A DNA stretch of 33,432 nt from a virus (Duplodnaviria; Caudoviricetes), in the IMG/VR virus record IMGVR_UViG_3300025575_000034, positions 1-33,432 of that record; one strand, written 5' to 3'. A program made the translations under genes and the position numbers. Shown here in pieces: positions 8,153-17,934 of this stretch. Position 1 is the stretch's first letter. Every line of letters starts with the position of its first letter. The notes under the pieces were generated by a model, which did no database searches, was not told where the DNA came from, and saw only the letters and a program-made list of their open reading frames with translations.

Positions 8153-8400
8153 AATAGTGTTCGTTGAAGTTATTAGTAAATTTCGTTTGGACCCGGGTTC
8201 GACTCCCGGCAGCTCCACAGTTTCTAAACGTTCATTAATTGTGAAAGTTAGGCAGTCATCAGCTTGCAATAATGGTGACTGTAAACCTTAAAAGGGGTTG
8301 ACCGGTATTGACAGCGAAGGAATAGAATAATGGAGAGCATTACAGCCAATAACAGGCAAAACAATTGAAATGAAGATGGCGGCTTAGAGCTGTACTGATT
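8153..8400 (+). ncRNA. ssrA: Circularly permuted (two-piece) tmRNA
   Basis: Acceptor piece (T-arm CCGGG-TTCGACT-CCCGG, CAGCTCC-A at 8210-8217) lies upstream of coding piece (GGGGTTG-ACCGGTATTGAC at 8294); G3:U70 pair; three inter-piece helices; tag ORF 8355-8387 GKTIEMKMAA*; outer ends approximate. Confidence 0.88.
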
Positions 8401-8576
8401 CAAAAATTCAGGTGACCGGATACTGACATTAAGTTGGGCGTGAAAATCGGTTAACGGCTACATCGTACGGCCTGAATTTATTTTTAAAATCGCTTTGAAT
8501 TGTCAAATTAATTGATTATAATTGCAGAATAAACCGGATGAAATAAACCGGTTTTAATTACCTTAAAAATTTAACA

Positions 8577-8723
8577 ATGTTGAAAGAAATAAGACAGGAC
8601 ATTTACACGCAGGCCGAATATGCAAAACTCATGGGTAAAACCAGATCATGGGTAAACCAAAAAATCAAAGCCGGTGAATTAAAAACCCTTACAATTAAGG
8701 GTGCAACGCTTGTAAAAGCATAA
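8577..8723 (+). CDS. Small HTH DNA-binding protein (48 aa, not in ORF track)
   Basis: YTQAEYAKLMGKTRSWVNQKIKAGEL, an excisionase/Cro-like HTH pattern. Confidence 0.75.
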   Translation: MLKEIRQDIYTQAEYAKLMGKTRSWVNQKIKAGELKTLTIKGATLVKA

Positions 8724-8758
8724 CTTTTTCGGCTATAAAAATTTAACAATGTGTAATT

Positions 8759-9604
8759 ATGGCAAGACCAAATAAACAAGGATTAGATTACTTTCCAATG
8801 GACGTCACAACAGATGATAAATTTGAACTTATCGAGGCGAAACATGGAATTACAGGTTTTGGGGTAATCATTAAATTGTATCAGAAAATATACAAAGATG
8901 GGTACTATATTAAGTGGAATGAAGAAATGTTATTAATATTTAAAAAGTCAATTAATGTAGACATTAATTCGATTAATGTAATCATTAATGATGCAATAAA
9001 GTACAATATTTTTGATGAAATGATGTTTAATAAGTATCAAATATTGACTTCATGCGGTATTCAGAAGCGTTTTTTAGCAGCATGCGATAGGCGAAAATCA
9101 TTAGATTTGTGCAAAAACCTCATTATTGCAGACACTAAAGACATTAATGTAAACATTAATTGGATAAATGATGACATTAGTACACAAAGTAAAGTAAAGG
9201 AAAGTAAACAGAAAGAAGATATAATTGAGTTTTACCCTTTTGCTGAATTTTGGGATGATTACGGCAAAAAAACAGATTCAAAAAAATGTCAATCAAAATG
9301 GAATAAAATATCTGATTCAGACCGTAAAAAAATTAAAGAGTATTTACCGGAATACAAAAAAGCAACTCCAGATATTCAATTCAGAAAAAACCCATCTACA
9401 TTTTTAAATAACGAATGTTGGAATGATACCATAGTTTTACAAAAAAATAACGCGGAACCAGAAAAATTAGGATATAACGAAACGTATGTAAACGGAAAAC
9501 GAATGTACAATCATTGCATTGAAATACCAAAAGGAACAAGGCCGTGTCCTAATAATTTACACCATTGGAACCAATCAAAAAAAGACTGGGTTTTCGGAAA
9601 CTAA
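8759..9604 (+). CDS. Replication initiator (DUF4373 / Lin1244-like N-terminal domain)
   Basis: MARPNKQGLDYFPMDV...LTSCGIQKRF, C-terminal FAEFWDDY...KNPSTFLN; internal iterons; directly upstream of primase-helicase. Confidence 0.85.
   Translation: MARPNKQGLDYFPMDVTTDDKFELIEAKHGITGFGVIIKLYQKIYKDGYYIKWNEEMLLIFKKSINVDINSINVIINDAIKYNIFDEMMFNKYQILTSCGIQKRFLAACDRRKSLDLCKNLIIADTKDINVNINWINDDISTQSKVKESKQKEDIIEFYPFAEFWDDYGKKTDSKKCQSKWNKISDSDRKKIKEYLPEYKKATPDIQFRKNPSTFLNNECWNDTIVLQKNNAEPEKLGYNETYVNGKRMYNHCIEIPKGTRPCPNNLHHWNQSKKDWVFGN
8951..9208. repeat. Iteron-like palindromes, probable replication origin
   Basis: 18-bp ATTAATGT-NN-ACATTAAT-type units at 8951, 8972, 9122 (degenerate), 9143, 9164 with 21-bp spacing, followed by an AAAGT-repeat purine tract. 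Confidence 0.75.
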
Positions 9605-9610
9605 AAAAAT

Positions 9611-11455
9611 ATGCTACTATTTAACACTACCAAAAAAGAAAAGATTGACGTTGCTATTGATCCGTCAAAAGGTCATTATTCGGGTCCGTGTCCATCATGT
9701 AACGAAGGGAGAAAAAACAAAGGGGCAAAGTCTTTTAGTTTTGACGTTCAAAAAGGAGTTGGAAAGTGTTTTAATTGTGACGATGCTTTTGTGATTTTCA
9801 AAGAAACGGAACGAGAATACCAGAAAGTTGAATATATCAAACCGGCTAAATTTGTAAATAATACAGAGTTGTCCGACGCAATGGTAAAGTATTTTGAAGG
9901 TCGTAAAATTTCAAAGAAAACGATTAATGAAATGCAGATTACCGAAAAAATGGAATGGATGCCGGACAAAGTATTTAAAAATAAAGACGGCGAAGATCGA
10001 ACAGCTTCGGGAATAAGAAACTGCATTTGTTTTAATTATTTCAAAAACGGAGAATTAATCAATACAAAATTTAGGGATTCAGTAAAAACATTTAAGCTCG
10101 TTTCCAATGCTGAATTAATACCGTATAATCTTGACGGCGTAAAAGATCAGACTGAATGTATTTGGTGCGAGGGTGAATTTGACCAATTAAGTTACTACGA
10201 AGTTGGGTATAAAAATTCAGTCAGTGTTCCAAACGGGGCCGCAATATCGAACAGTGGATTGATCTACATAGATAACGCGATTAATGAACTTGAAGGGATA
10301 AAAACGCATTATATTTCAAGTGACAATGATACACCAGGCAAAGCATTAAGAGACGAACTTATTCGCCGGTTTGGTTCTGAAAATTGCAAATTAATTGATC
10401 TGGCAGAATGTAAGGACGCAAACGAATTTTTAATTGAACATGGAAAATTTGCACTAAAAGAAAAAGTAACTTTAGCTAAGGATATTCCCTTATCCGGTAT
10501 TTATGATCTTGAAAGCGATTTAGAAGGTTTGTACGATCTTTGGAAAAACGGGATGCCTAAAGGGTTTGAATTAGGATACTCAAAGGTGAATGAGCTTGTA
10601 ACATGGGTAAGTGGTTCTTTAGCGATATGGACCGGAATACCATCGAGCGGTAAATCTGAAATGGTTGATGATGTTTGCGAACAATTGAATATTTTACACG
10701 GTTGGAAAGTTGGGTATTTTTCACCGGAAAACTGGCCTACTAAAATTCATGTTTCAAAAATAGTTAGCCGGATAAGTGGGAAAAGGTATGCGGAAAGTGC
10801 ATTGAATAAAAACGAATTAGATACTACATTAGACTATGTAAAGCATAATTACTACTTTATCAATCCTGACAATGAAGATTTAAGCATCGAAAGTATTTTA
10901 ACGCACGCCAAAGCGCTGATTAAGCGAAAAGGAATTAAGATACTTGTTATTGATCCGTGGAATAAATTGGACCATAAAATGGAAAACGGCGAATCTGAAA
11001 CAAAATACATTTCCAGAGTATTGGATATTTTGGATATATTTGCAAAGAAAAACGATATTTTAATCCATTTGGTTGCGCACCCTACGAAAATGAAAAAGGA
11101 TGCGGCCGGGCAACTTGAAGTTCCAAACCTTTATGATATTTCAGGGTCTGCACACTTTTACAATAAAGCATTTTACGGTTTTTCGGTTCATAGGATTGAT
11201 GATATTGTACTGTTTAATGTTCTGAAAGTGAAGTTTAAGCACTTAGGAGAATCGAGAGGCGGAACAGTTGAAATGCGTTACAATTTGAATAATGGCCGTT
11301 ATGTTGAGGCTACTGAATTAGTTGAAAATCAGGTATGGCACAATGAAAACCATTTACTAATTAAGCCATTGGCAAGTGAACCAGAACATAAAATGCAGCC
11401 GAATATTGATTTTTACGAAAAAGAAAACAATGATCCATTAGATAATCCATTTTAA
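9611..11455 (+). CDS. Bifunctional primase-helicase (T7 gp4/Twinkle-like)
   Basis: N-terminal CPSC...CFNC zinc finger, TOPRIM (CEGEFD, DND, KDANE), Walker A GIPSSGKS, Walker B LVIDPW, LVAHP, DISGS. Confidence 0.93.
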   Translation: MLLFNTTKKEKIDVAIDPSKGHYSGPCPSCNEGRKNKGAKSFSFDVQKGVGKCFNCDDAFVIFKETEREYQKVEYIKPAKFVNNTELSDAMVKYFEGRKISKKTINEMQITEKMEWMPDKVFKNKDGEDRTASGIRNCICFNYFKNGELINTKFRDSVKTFKLVSNAELIPYNLDGVKDQTECIWCEGEFDQLSYYEVGYKNSVSVPNGAAISNSGLIYIDNAINELEGIKTHYISSDNDTPGKALRDELIRRFGSENCKLIDLAECKDANEFLIEHGKFALKEKVTLAKDIPLSGIYDLESDLEGLYDLWKNGMPKGFELGYSKVNELVTWVSGSLAIWTGIPSSGKSEMVDDVCEQLNILHGWKVGYFSPENWPTKIHVSKIVSRISGKRYAESALNKNELDTTLDYVKHNYYFINPDNEDLSIESILTHAKALIKRKGIKILVIDPWNKLDHKMENGESETKYISRVLDILDIFAKKNDILIHLVAHPTKMKKDAAGQLEVPNLYDISGSAHFYNKAFYGFSVHRIDDIVLFNVLKVKFKHLGESRGGTVEMRYNLNNGRYVEATELVENQVWHNENHLLIKPLASEPEHKMQPNIDFYEKENNDPLDNPF

Positions 11456-11698
11456 ATTATGACAGAGCAAGAAGCAAAAAGTAGACTTTATTCAATGTGG
11501 GAAAACGGAGAGATTCCCGCAAGTTTTACCGAAGATCATTCAAATTATTGGAAAGCCGTAAAACAATTAATGGAATACGGATACATTGAACGTGAAACAC
11601 TTTACCCATGAAAGAACCGCAAGAAGTAAAAGACAAAAACAGGAAACTGTCAATTTTAATCGAACAATTAAGATTTTTAATATTTAAACAAAAGTCAA

Positions 11699-11917
11699 AT
11701 GAAAGCAAATCGAGTAGAATGTAATGAATGTTTAAATTTCACATGGCCGCACTTAGATGGAAACGGAATGATCAAAGAAAATGCTAAATGTAAATTAGGT
11801 AAACGTGTAATGTTCCGGATGCCTATTTTAAATAAATGGGGGTCGTCTGGTTTGCATTATGATGATGGCGGTTATTATCGGTATTGTAATGATTTTAAAG
11901 CTGTTGTAAATGAATAA
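11699..11917 (+). CDS. Small Cys-containing hypothetical protein
   Basis: CNEC motif; overlaps next ORF. Confidence 0.5.
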   Translation: MKANRVECNECLNFTWPHLDGNGMIKENAKCKLGKRVMFRMPILNKWGSSGLHYDDGGYYRYCNDFKAVVNE

Positions 11918-12200
11918 AATCTACATAAGCGGAAAGATTACCGGAGATGATAATTTCAAAGAGAAATTCAGTAACGCAAAAACACGGTGTATTATTCTTG
12001 GATTTGAATTAGATGAAATACTGAATCCTTGTGAATTACCAGAATGCCATACGTGGCAGGATTATATGATTATGGACATTAAAGAGCTTTTTGAATGTTC
12101 TCATATCTTCATGTTACGGGATTGGAAGGAATCCAAAGGCGCAAGAATAGAACATTCAATAGCATTAAATTGTGGATTAATAATATATTACGAAAAATGA
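11910..12200 (+). CDS. DUF4406-family protein
   Basis: KIYISGKITG...LNP...WQDYM...IFMLRDWKESKGARIEH. Confidence 0.85.
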   Translation: MNKIYISGKITGDDNFKEKFSNAKTRCIILGFELDEILNPCELPECHTWQDYMIMDIKELFECSHIFMLRDWKESKGARIEHSIALNCGLIIYYEK

Positions 12201-12524
12201 CCGACAATCTTAAAACCAAAATCGAAAACAGGGAAACAGAGATTCAAAGAGCTTACGATAATACAAGATTCAGGCTAATTGAATTAAATCAAATGCAAGT
12301 CGAAATCGTGCAAAAGATTAAAGATCAGGAGCGAATTATGGGAATACTAAAACGGCGAGCATCGCAACAGGGGATATTGCATATTTTATAAATATACGCA
12401 GTATTATTTAATAATTTTTTGTATATTTGTACTGCTTTCGGGGGAGAGCGTAAAGATATTTTAACAGCCGTCACATTGCGAGAACTCCCCCGTCTCAATT
12501 TGTGGCGGTTTTTAATTTTAAATC

Positions 12525-13007
12525 ATGAAGGAGATTCAATTAACGAGAGGACAGGTAGCTTTGATTGATGATGAAGATTTTGATAGAGCGAATGCGTTCA
12601 AGTGGTTTGCACTTAAGGGTAAAAATACTTTTTACGCAGCAAGAAGCGTTCCTGTTAATGGTAAACGGAATCTTCAGTATATGCACAAATTTATTATGGG
12701 TGACAATCCATTAAAATTAGACATTGATCATAGAGATGGTGACGGACTGAATGATCAGAAAGAAAATCTAAGGCTTTGTACTAGATCCGAAAATCAAATG
12801 AATAGAGGACCAAATAAGAATCACTCTTCTGTATATAAGGGGGTATGTTGGCATAAGAGCACCAAAAAATGGATAGTACACATACAAATAGACGGAAAAC
12901 TAATTTATCTCGGCCTATTTAATAATGATAAATATGCTGCAAAAGCATATGATCAGGCTGCAAAAAAATATTTTGGTGAATTTGCCTATTTAAATTTCCA
13001 CAATTAA
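12525..13007 (+). CDS. HNH-AP2 homing endonuclease (paralog of 6149..6631)
   Basis: MHKFIMGDNPLKLDIDHRDGDGLNDQKENLR plus AP2 domain. Confidence 0.9.
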   Translation: MKEIQLTRGQVALIDDEDFDRANAFKWFALKGKNTFYAARSVPVNGKRNLQYMHKFIMGDNPLKLDIDHRDGDGLNDQKENLRLCTRSENQMNRGPNKNHSSVYKGVCWHKSTKKWIVHIQIDGKLIYLGLFNNDKYAAKAYDQAAKKYFGEFAYLNFHN

Positions 13008-13012
13008 CCCCC

Positions 13013-13067
13013 AAACATGTTATTAAACATGTTTGGTCTATTTAACACTATTATTGATTTATATTTG
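13013..13067 (+). promoter_or_regulatory. AACATGTT box/promoter, copy 3
   Basis: AAACATGTT-atta-AACATGTTTGG; TATATTTG 47 nt downstream. Confidence 0.78.
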
Positions 13068-13438
13068 GTCCATAATTAAATACTAAAAACGATGACAACA
13101 TTTACAAGGGATTCAAAAACAAACGAAATTAAGTTTTACAGAAACAGCGAACGGGTATTTGATTTTACCATATCCGGCAATGTTGTAAGATTTGAAAATG
13201 GTGATTTTATTTTAATTTAAGATTAAAGACAATGAAAAAATTAAAAGTTTACGAAGTTGAAATGTCAGAACTTGAAAATATGATGTTTTCAAAATATGTC
13301 AGCAATAATAATATTGCGATGAATACGCTGGCAAAAGCCGAAAGGACCAAGCTAACTCAGGAGTGGATGGATAATAACATTACGTTAACGAAATCAATTT
13401 CATAAACAAATTAAAAACCTATTGGTAAATTTAAAATT

Positions 13439-14101
13439 ATGGCAATTTCAGAAAGTTGGTTTGGCGATAATATGGAGTATATGGCAAAGTTTCCGGATAA
13501 GTTCTCCGACCTTGGATGCGTAGACCCCGATTACGGACTCAATGACCTTTTAACTATTGGCGGTACATGGTCGGCAAAATATAAAAATAATGAAGGAATG
13601 CTTGGAGGGAAGCCGGATAAAGCGTATTTTGATGAGTTATTTAGAATCAGTAAAAATCAAGTTATATGGGGTGGTAATTACTTTAATCTTCCAGAAAATA
13701 GATGTTTTTTAATTTGGGATAAAGTAGCTCAGATGCCATCTCTTACAGATTGCGAATATGCGTGGACTTCATTTGATAATAATGCAAAGATATTTAGGCA
13801 TGTTCGAAACACATCAGAAAAAAGGATACATATTACACAAAAACCAATTGCGTTGTATAGGTGGATATTTGATAATTTTGCAAAAAAAGGAGACAAGATA
13901 ATTGATACAAATTTAGGTTCTGCAAGTAGCCGAATTGCGGCATTTGACTTAGACTTAGATTTTTATAGTTGTGAATTTAATAAAGATCATTACCAGAATG
14001 GAAATAACCGATTTGAAACTCACAGAACTAAATGTGAAGAACTAAAAGAGTTCGGATATGCGAAAACAGAATTATCAAAAATAAACCCTTTATTATTTTA
14101 A
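13439..14101 (+). CDS. DNA methyltransferase (beta class, atypical motifs)
   Basis: DPDY in place of DPPY, IWGGNYF, HITQKP, DTNLGSASS motif I variant. Confidence 0.85.
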   Translation: MAISESWFGDNMEYMAKFPDKFSDLGCVDPDYGLNDLLTIGGTWSAKYKNNEGMLGGKPDKAYFDELFRISKNQVIWGGNYFNLPENRCFLIWDKVAQMPSLTDCEYAWTSFDNNAKIFRHVRNTSEKRIHITQKPIALYRWIFDNFAKKGDKIIDTNLGSASSRIAAFDLDLDFYSCEFNKDHYQNGNNRFETHRTKCEELKEFGYAKTELSKINPLLF

Positions 14102-14102
14102 C

Positions 14103-14612
14103 ATGGAACTGCAGACGCATTTATGGGATATCGAAGTTGACCCTTCAGATATAGTTTTTACTCCTGATTTTGTAAGTAAGCAAATTATAAGCCTGCTTAA
14201 TCCGACGGGACTATGCTTAGACCCGTGTCGAGGCGATGGGGCATTTTTTAAATATCTTCCTGCAGGTTCTGATTATTGCGAAGTGAGAGAGGGAAAAGAT
14301 TTTTTCACCTATGATAAAAAAGTTGATTGGATTATAGGTAATCCGCCTTATAGTATTTTTGAAGAATTTTTAAAGAAGTCTTTTGAAATATCTCAAAATG
14401 TTAGTTTTTTGGTTCCTACGAATAAAATATTTCAGCGTCAAATTATTATGGATATGATTAATCGTTACGGAGGAATTAAAAGCATGGTAATTTATGGAAG
14501 CGGTCAACTCATTGATTTTCCTTTTGGTTTTTCTGTTGGTAATTTCCATTTTCAAAAAGGGTTTACTGGAGAAACAAAAATATTAATGGGAATGAAAACA
14601 ATTTTTAAATAA
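14103..14612 (+). CDS. Short N6-adenine DNA methyltransferase
   Basis: FTP, LDPCRGDGAF motif I, IIGNPPY motif IV in 169 aa. Confidence 0.85.
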   Translation: MELQTHLWDIEVDPSDIVFTPDFVSKQIISLLNPTGLCLDPCRGDGAFFKYLPAGSDYCEVREGKDFFTYDKKVDWIIGNPPYSIFEEFLKKSFEISQNVSFLVPTNKIFQRQIIMDMINRYGGIKSMVIYGSGQLIDFPFGFSVGNFHFQKGFTGETKILMGMKTIFK

Positions 14613-14835
14613 AACAAAGCAACATGAAAATAACATTCGATGAGATTTGCGACGCTGCCGATAATCCAGGTTCAATGTCATTCAAAGAATACAACCGAAT
14701 TCTGATGGGTGCGGTTAAAATGATAATGGAACTCGAAAAGCGATTAACTGCAAACGGAATAGGAACAGACGACATAATCAGCAACAGCGAAACGGAAACA
14801 AAGCAAAATTAATCAATAAGTAAAAATACAAGCAA

Positions 14836-15255
14836 ATGTATAAACCGAAAACGTACAGGGCAAAAACAGCATTAAAACAGCAAAGTGAAAAAGAACTTCA
14901 AAAAATGGTTTGCGACTATTTGAAAATCGCTTATCCTAAAATACTTTTTAATTCCGATATGGCAGGCGCCATGAAATTAACCATTGGCCAGGCGGTACAG
15001 ATTTCAAAACTACGAAGCAATAAAGGATTTCCAGATATTGCCATTTACGAACCGCGTGGAGAATATTGCGGAATGTTTTTAGAGATTAAAAAAGAGGGCG
15101 AAGTACTTTATAAGCGAAACGGCGAAGCGGTAACAGAACACGTTCAGGAACAAATTAACTGCATTAATCTGTTAAGGGCAAAGGGATATATTGCGGGTTT
15201 TGCAATTGGATTTGATCAGGCAAAGACGGTTATTGATGCATATATGATTCTTTAA
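14836..15255 (+). CDS. VRR-NUC family nuclease (possible Holliday junction resolvase)
   Basis: SEKELQ...GFPD...FLEIK...Q...GY PD-(D/E)xK pattern. Confidence 0.82.
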   Translation: MYKPKTYRAKTALKQQSEKELQKMVCDYLKIAYPKILFNSDMAGAMKLTIGQAVQISKLRSNKGFPDIAIYEPRGEYCGMFLEIKKEGEVLYKRNGEAVTEHVQEQINCINLLRAKGYIAGFAIGFDQAKTVIDAYMIL

Positions 15256-15256
15256 A

Positions 15257-15526
15257 ATGGAAAAGTATATCAAAATTTATATGGATTACTTTGGTTATCA
15301 AATCAAAGAAGATATTATTTGCGAAGTGAGAGCGGACGGAACCCCGGGCGTGAACATTCATCATATCAATGGCAGAATAGGCAAAAACAAACTTGACATT
15401 AACGGCTTAATCGCACTTAATTACGATCTTCACAATGCAATTCATACACAGTCACCACCATATACTAAATCCGAATTAGTGCAGATTCATGCTGAATTTA
15501 TGGCGAAGCATGGAAAACATGTTTAA
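15257..15526 (+). CDS. Small HNH-like protein
   Basis: ICEV...IHHI...LIAL...HNAIH, resembling an HNH domain with lost cysteines. Confidence 0.55.
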   Translation: MEKYIKIYMDYFGYQIKEDIICEVRADGTPGVNIHHINGRIGKNKLDINGLIALNYDLHNAIHTQSPPYTKSELVQIHAEFMAKHGKHV

Positions 15527-15568
15527 CAGCATGTTTGGTGAAATCGCTTATTTTTGGTTGTATATTTA
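15515..15568 (+). promoter_or_regulatory. AACATGTT box/promoter, copy 4
   Basis: AAACATGTT-taac-AGCATGTTTGG; TATATTTA 46 nt downstream. Confidence 0.72.
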
Positions 15569-15601
15569 CAGTGTCAAAAGGATACACTAAAAAACGATAA
15601 G

Positions 15602-17537
15602 ATGAAAACTTTAGAAATCACTTTAAAGAACGGTAAAATTTACATAGGTTCATCAAACGGTAAAATATATGGAGGTAAAGTATATTTAAACAGACCAGAG
15701 GGCGGTTTTATTAAAGTTACAGAAAATGGTGAATCATTTGAAAGTAGCCGTAAAGATATGATCATTGAAACATCAGAAATAAAATCAGCAAAAGTAATTT
15801 AACAACCAGCTGCACCGACAGTACAAACGGTTATTTTTAAACTTTAAAACGATAAGGAAATGAATAACGGCAGAATTAACGAACGAAATACAGGTGATTG
15901 GTCAATAGATAGCGAACCTAAAAAAAGAACAAAGATTTTCACTGCGTCTATTAAATTAACACAATCAGAAATAGACTTGATGAAATACATATTACGTCAG
16001 GTGGCAAAATGTGTTAAGTTATCCGAAATTGACGGCAAACAATTTTTTACCGACAATAGCGATTTTATTTGTCAATTCGAACGTGAAAGAATTGAGGATT
16101 TATGGAGCATTCAAAATAAATTAAGCAAATGACCGAACGAAAACAAACAGAACGCCAACTACTGATTAAGTTCGTTAAATTCCTGAATAAAGAAAGGGTT
16201 TGCGGATGTGTTCAGTTAATACCCGCCTCGATTGTAACATCATTTTACTGGGCCAAACTTGAAGCTGATTTAAGGAAAATAAATAAAAACGATTTAAACG
16301 AAGGATTAAAATTTTAACCGATGGAAACGAAAAGAATGACGCATCACATGTGCATGAGCATCGACGGATGTTTGCGAAATCACGAAGGACGCAAAATCAA
16401 AATATTCGACGATGAAAACGGTGATCAAACATCAGACAAAGAAGCAAGAGAATATCTTGCAGAATGTCAGGCAAAAGGATGGAAAGTAATTCCAATGGGC
16501 GAACCGTGCGAAGGATTTGATTATTTTGGACACGGATGCCCGGGGCATGAAGTAAAAGAAATAACATTAGCAGATCAAAATTAAACTCAAACAAAATGAG
16601 CAAAACAACATTTTTTGAACTTGATGGGAAACAATTTAAAGTCGAGCTGATTGAGGCAAAGAAATCAATGTCCACAAAAGAACAAATGGATTTTTACAAT
16701 TCAAAATGTAAATCTAAACCAGTTTTGGATTTTAATAATCGTCAATTTACAGGGTGGATTGAAACGTATAATTTAAAATTTGAATGGCAAAACTATCTAA
16801 TCAGCGAAGCCAGAAAGCGCGGTTTTATTTCCGGTTGCACGATCAAGACAGCTACCGACATGGACAAAATGAAATCCGGCAGATTGCAGTTAATTGGGCT
16901 GTCAAAACTTGCAACAGACGGCAGAAAGTCAATCATTATTTATGATAACGGCAAATGGTGTGCCGAAGCGATACCAGAAGTTAAAAAGCATTTTTGGACA
17001 AATAATAGCATGTTAAGTACGAAAAATTGGGAGAAATATAATTCTTTGACTGATGACGAAATGGAAAAGATTAAATGCGATCCGGAAAAGTACGACATTA
17101 AAGAGATTGAACATATCATAATTGATTTATCACTTAAGATTAATCACTCTAATTTATATGTCACTATTAGAAATGAAGAGGCAAAATTAATCCGTGAAAT
17201 ATTAAACGATTATTTGAAATAAAAAGCTATGTTTTTAGATGACCAACTTTATCAGATTACAAAAGCAACTCAAATAAGTTGCCCGAATGATTTTAATCAG
17301 ATGATAAATTCACTTTATCAAACGTGTGAGAATAAATGGAAACCTGAATTTGATATTTCAAGATCAGGAAAAGAGGCAAAAATATTACTTGACCGCACAT
17401 TTAACGCATGGGATAGTTTCATAAAGAAACTTGAAAAAGAAAATTATTACCTTGCCGATATGGTGAAAAAGTATTCTTACAAATATGCCTTTATGGCAAA
17501 TGAAAAACTAAAAGAAGCCTACGAAAAATTAGGATAA
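15602..17537 (+). other. Cluster of small hypothetical early genes (15602-15802, 15860-16132, 16129-16317, 16321-16584, 16596-17222, 17229-17537)
   Basis: Tightly packed co-directional ORFs downstream of promoter copy 4; no recognised families. Confidence 0.7.
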
Positions 17538-17721
17538 TTAACTGAAATTAAGTAACTTTAAAGCAAATTAAACAAATGGAAATTAACATCGAAGAGGCAA
17601 AATATATTTTATGCGCATTTGAAAACCAGGAAAATCAAGATGGGTTTTTAAATTCAGTAGAACAGAATATTTGCAATAGGATCAAAGAAGAATTTAACCT
17701 TTAAAATAAATTAAAAACGAG

Positions 17722-17931
17722 ATGAAATACAAAGAACAAATCTACGAATTAACTCAGGCTATCGAAAAGAAAGTAAAAGCCGACATTTAGGCGAAATTAG
17801 ACACGCAATGTGCAGAGGTATTACAACAGCATACCCGATTCTTTAAGTTTAAATGCTGGCTTGTCTGGGGTCATTTATATCGGGATGGTGTTTGCCTTCG
17901 TTGTGGCAAGTTAGAAACAATTAAAAAGTAA
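17722..17931 (+). pseudogene. 69-codon ORF interrupted by an in-frame TAG
   Basis: MKYKEQ...KADI*AKLDTQ...CWLVWGHLYRDGVCLRCGK; TAG at 17788-17790; start-region motif upstream. Confidence 0.55.
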
Positions 17932-17934
17932 GTT

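Noticed and set aside
8189-8217. tmRNA 3' fragment as a mere attP/attachment-site remnant
   Set aside because: A complementary 5' half, inter-piece helices, a tag ORF and a promoter element are all present, and no integrase is adjacent
7934-8269. Minus-strand 111-aa ORF (VELPGVEPGS)
   Set aside because: It is the antisense translation of the tmRNA T-arm/acceptor region, a typical shadow ORF
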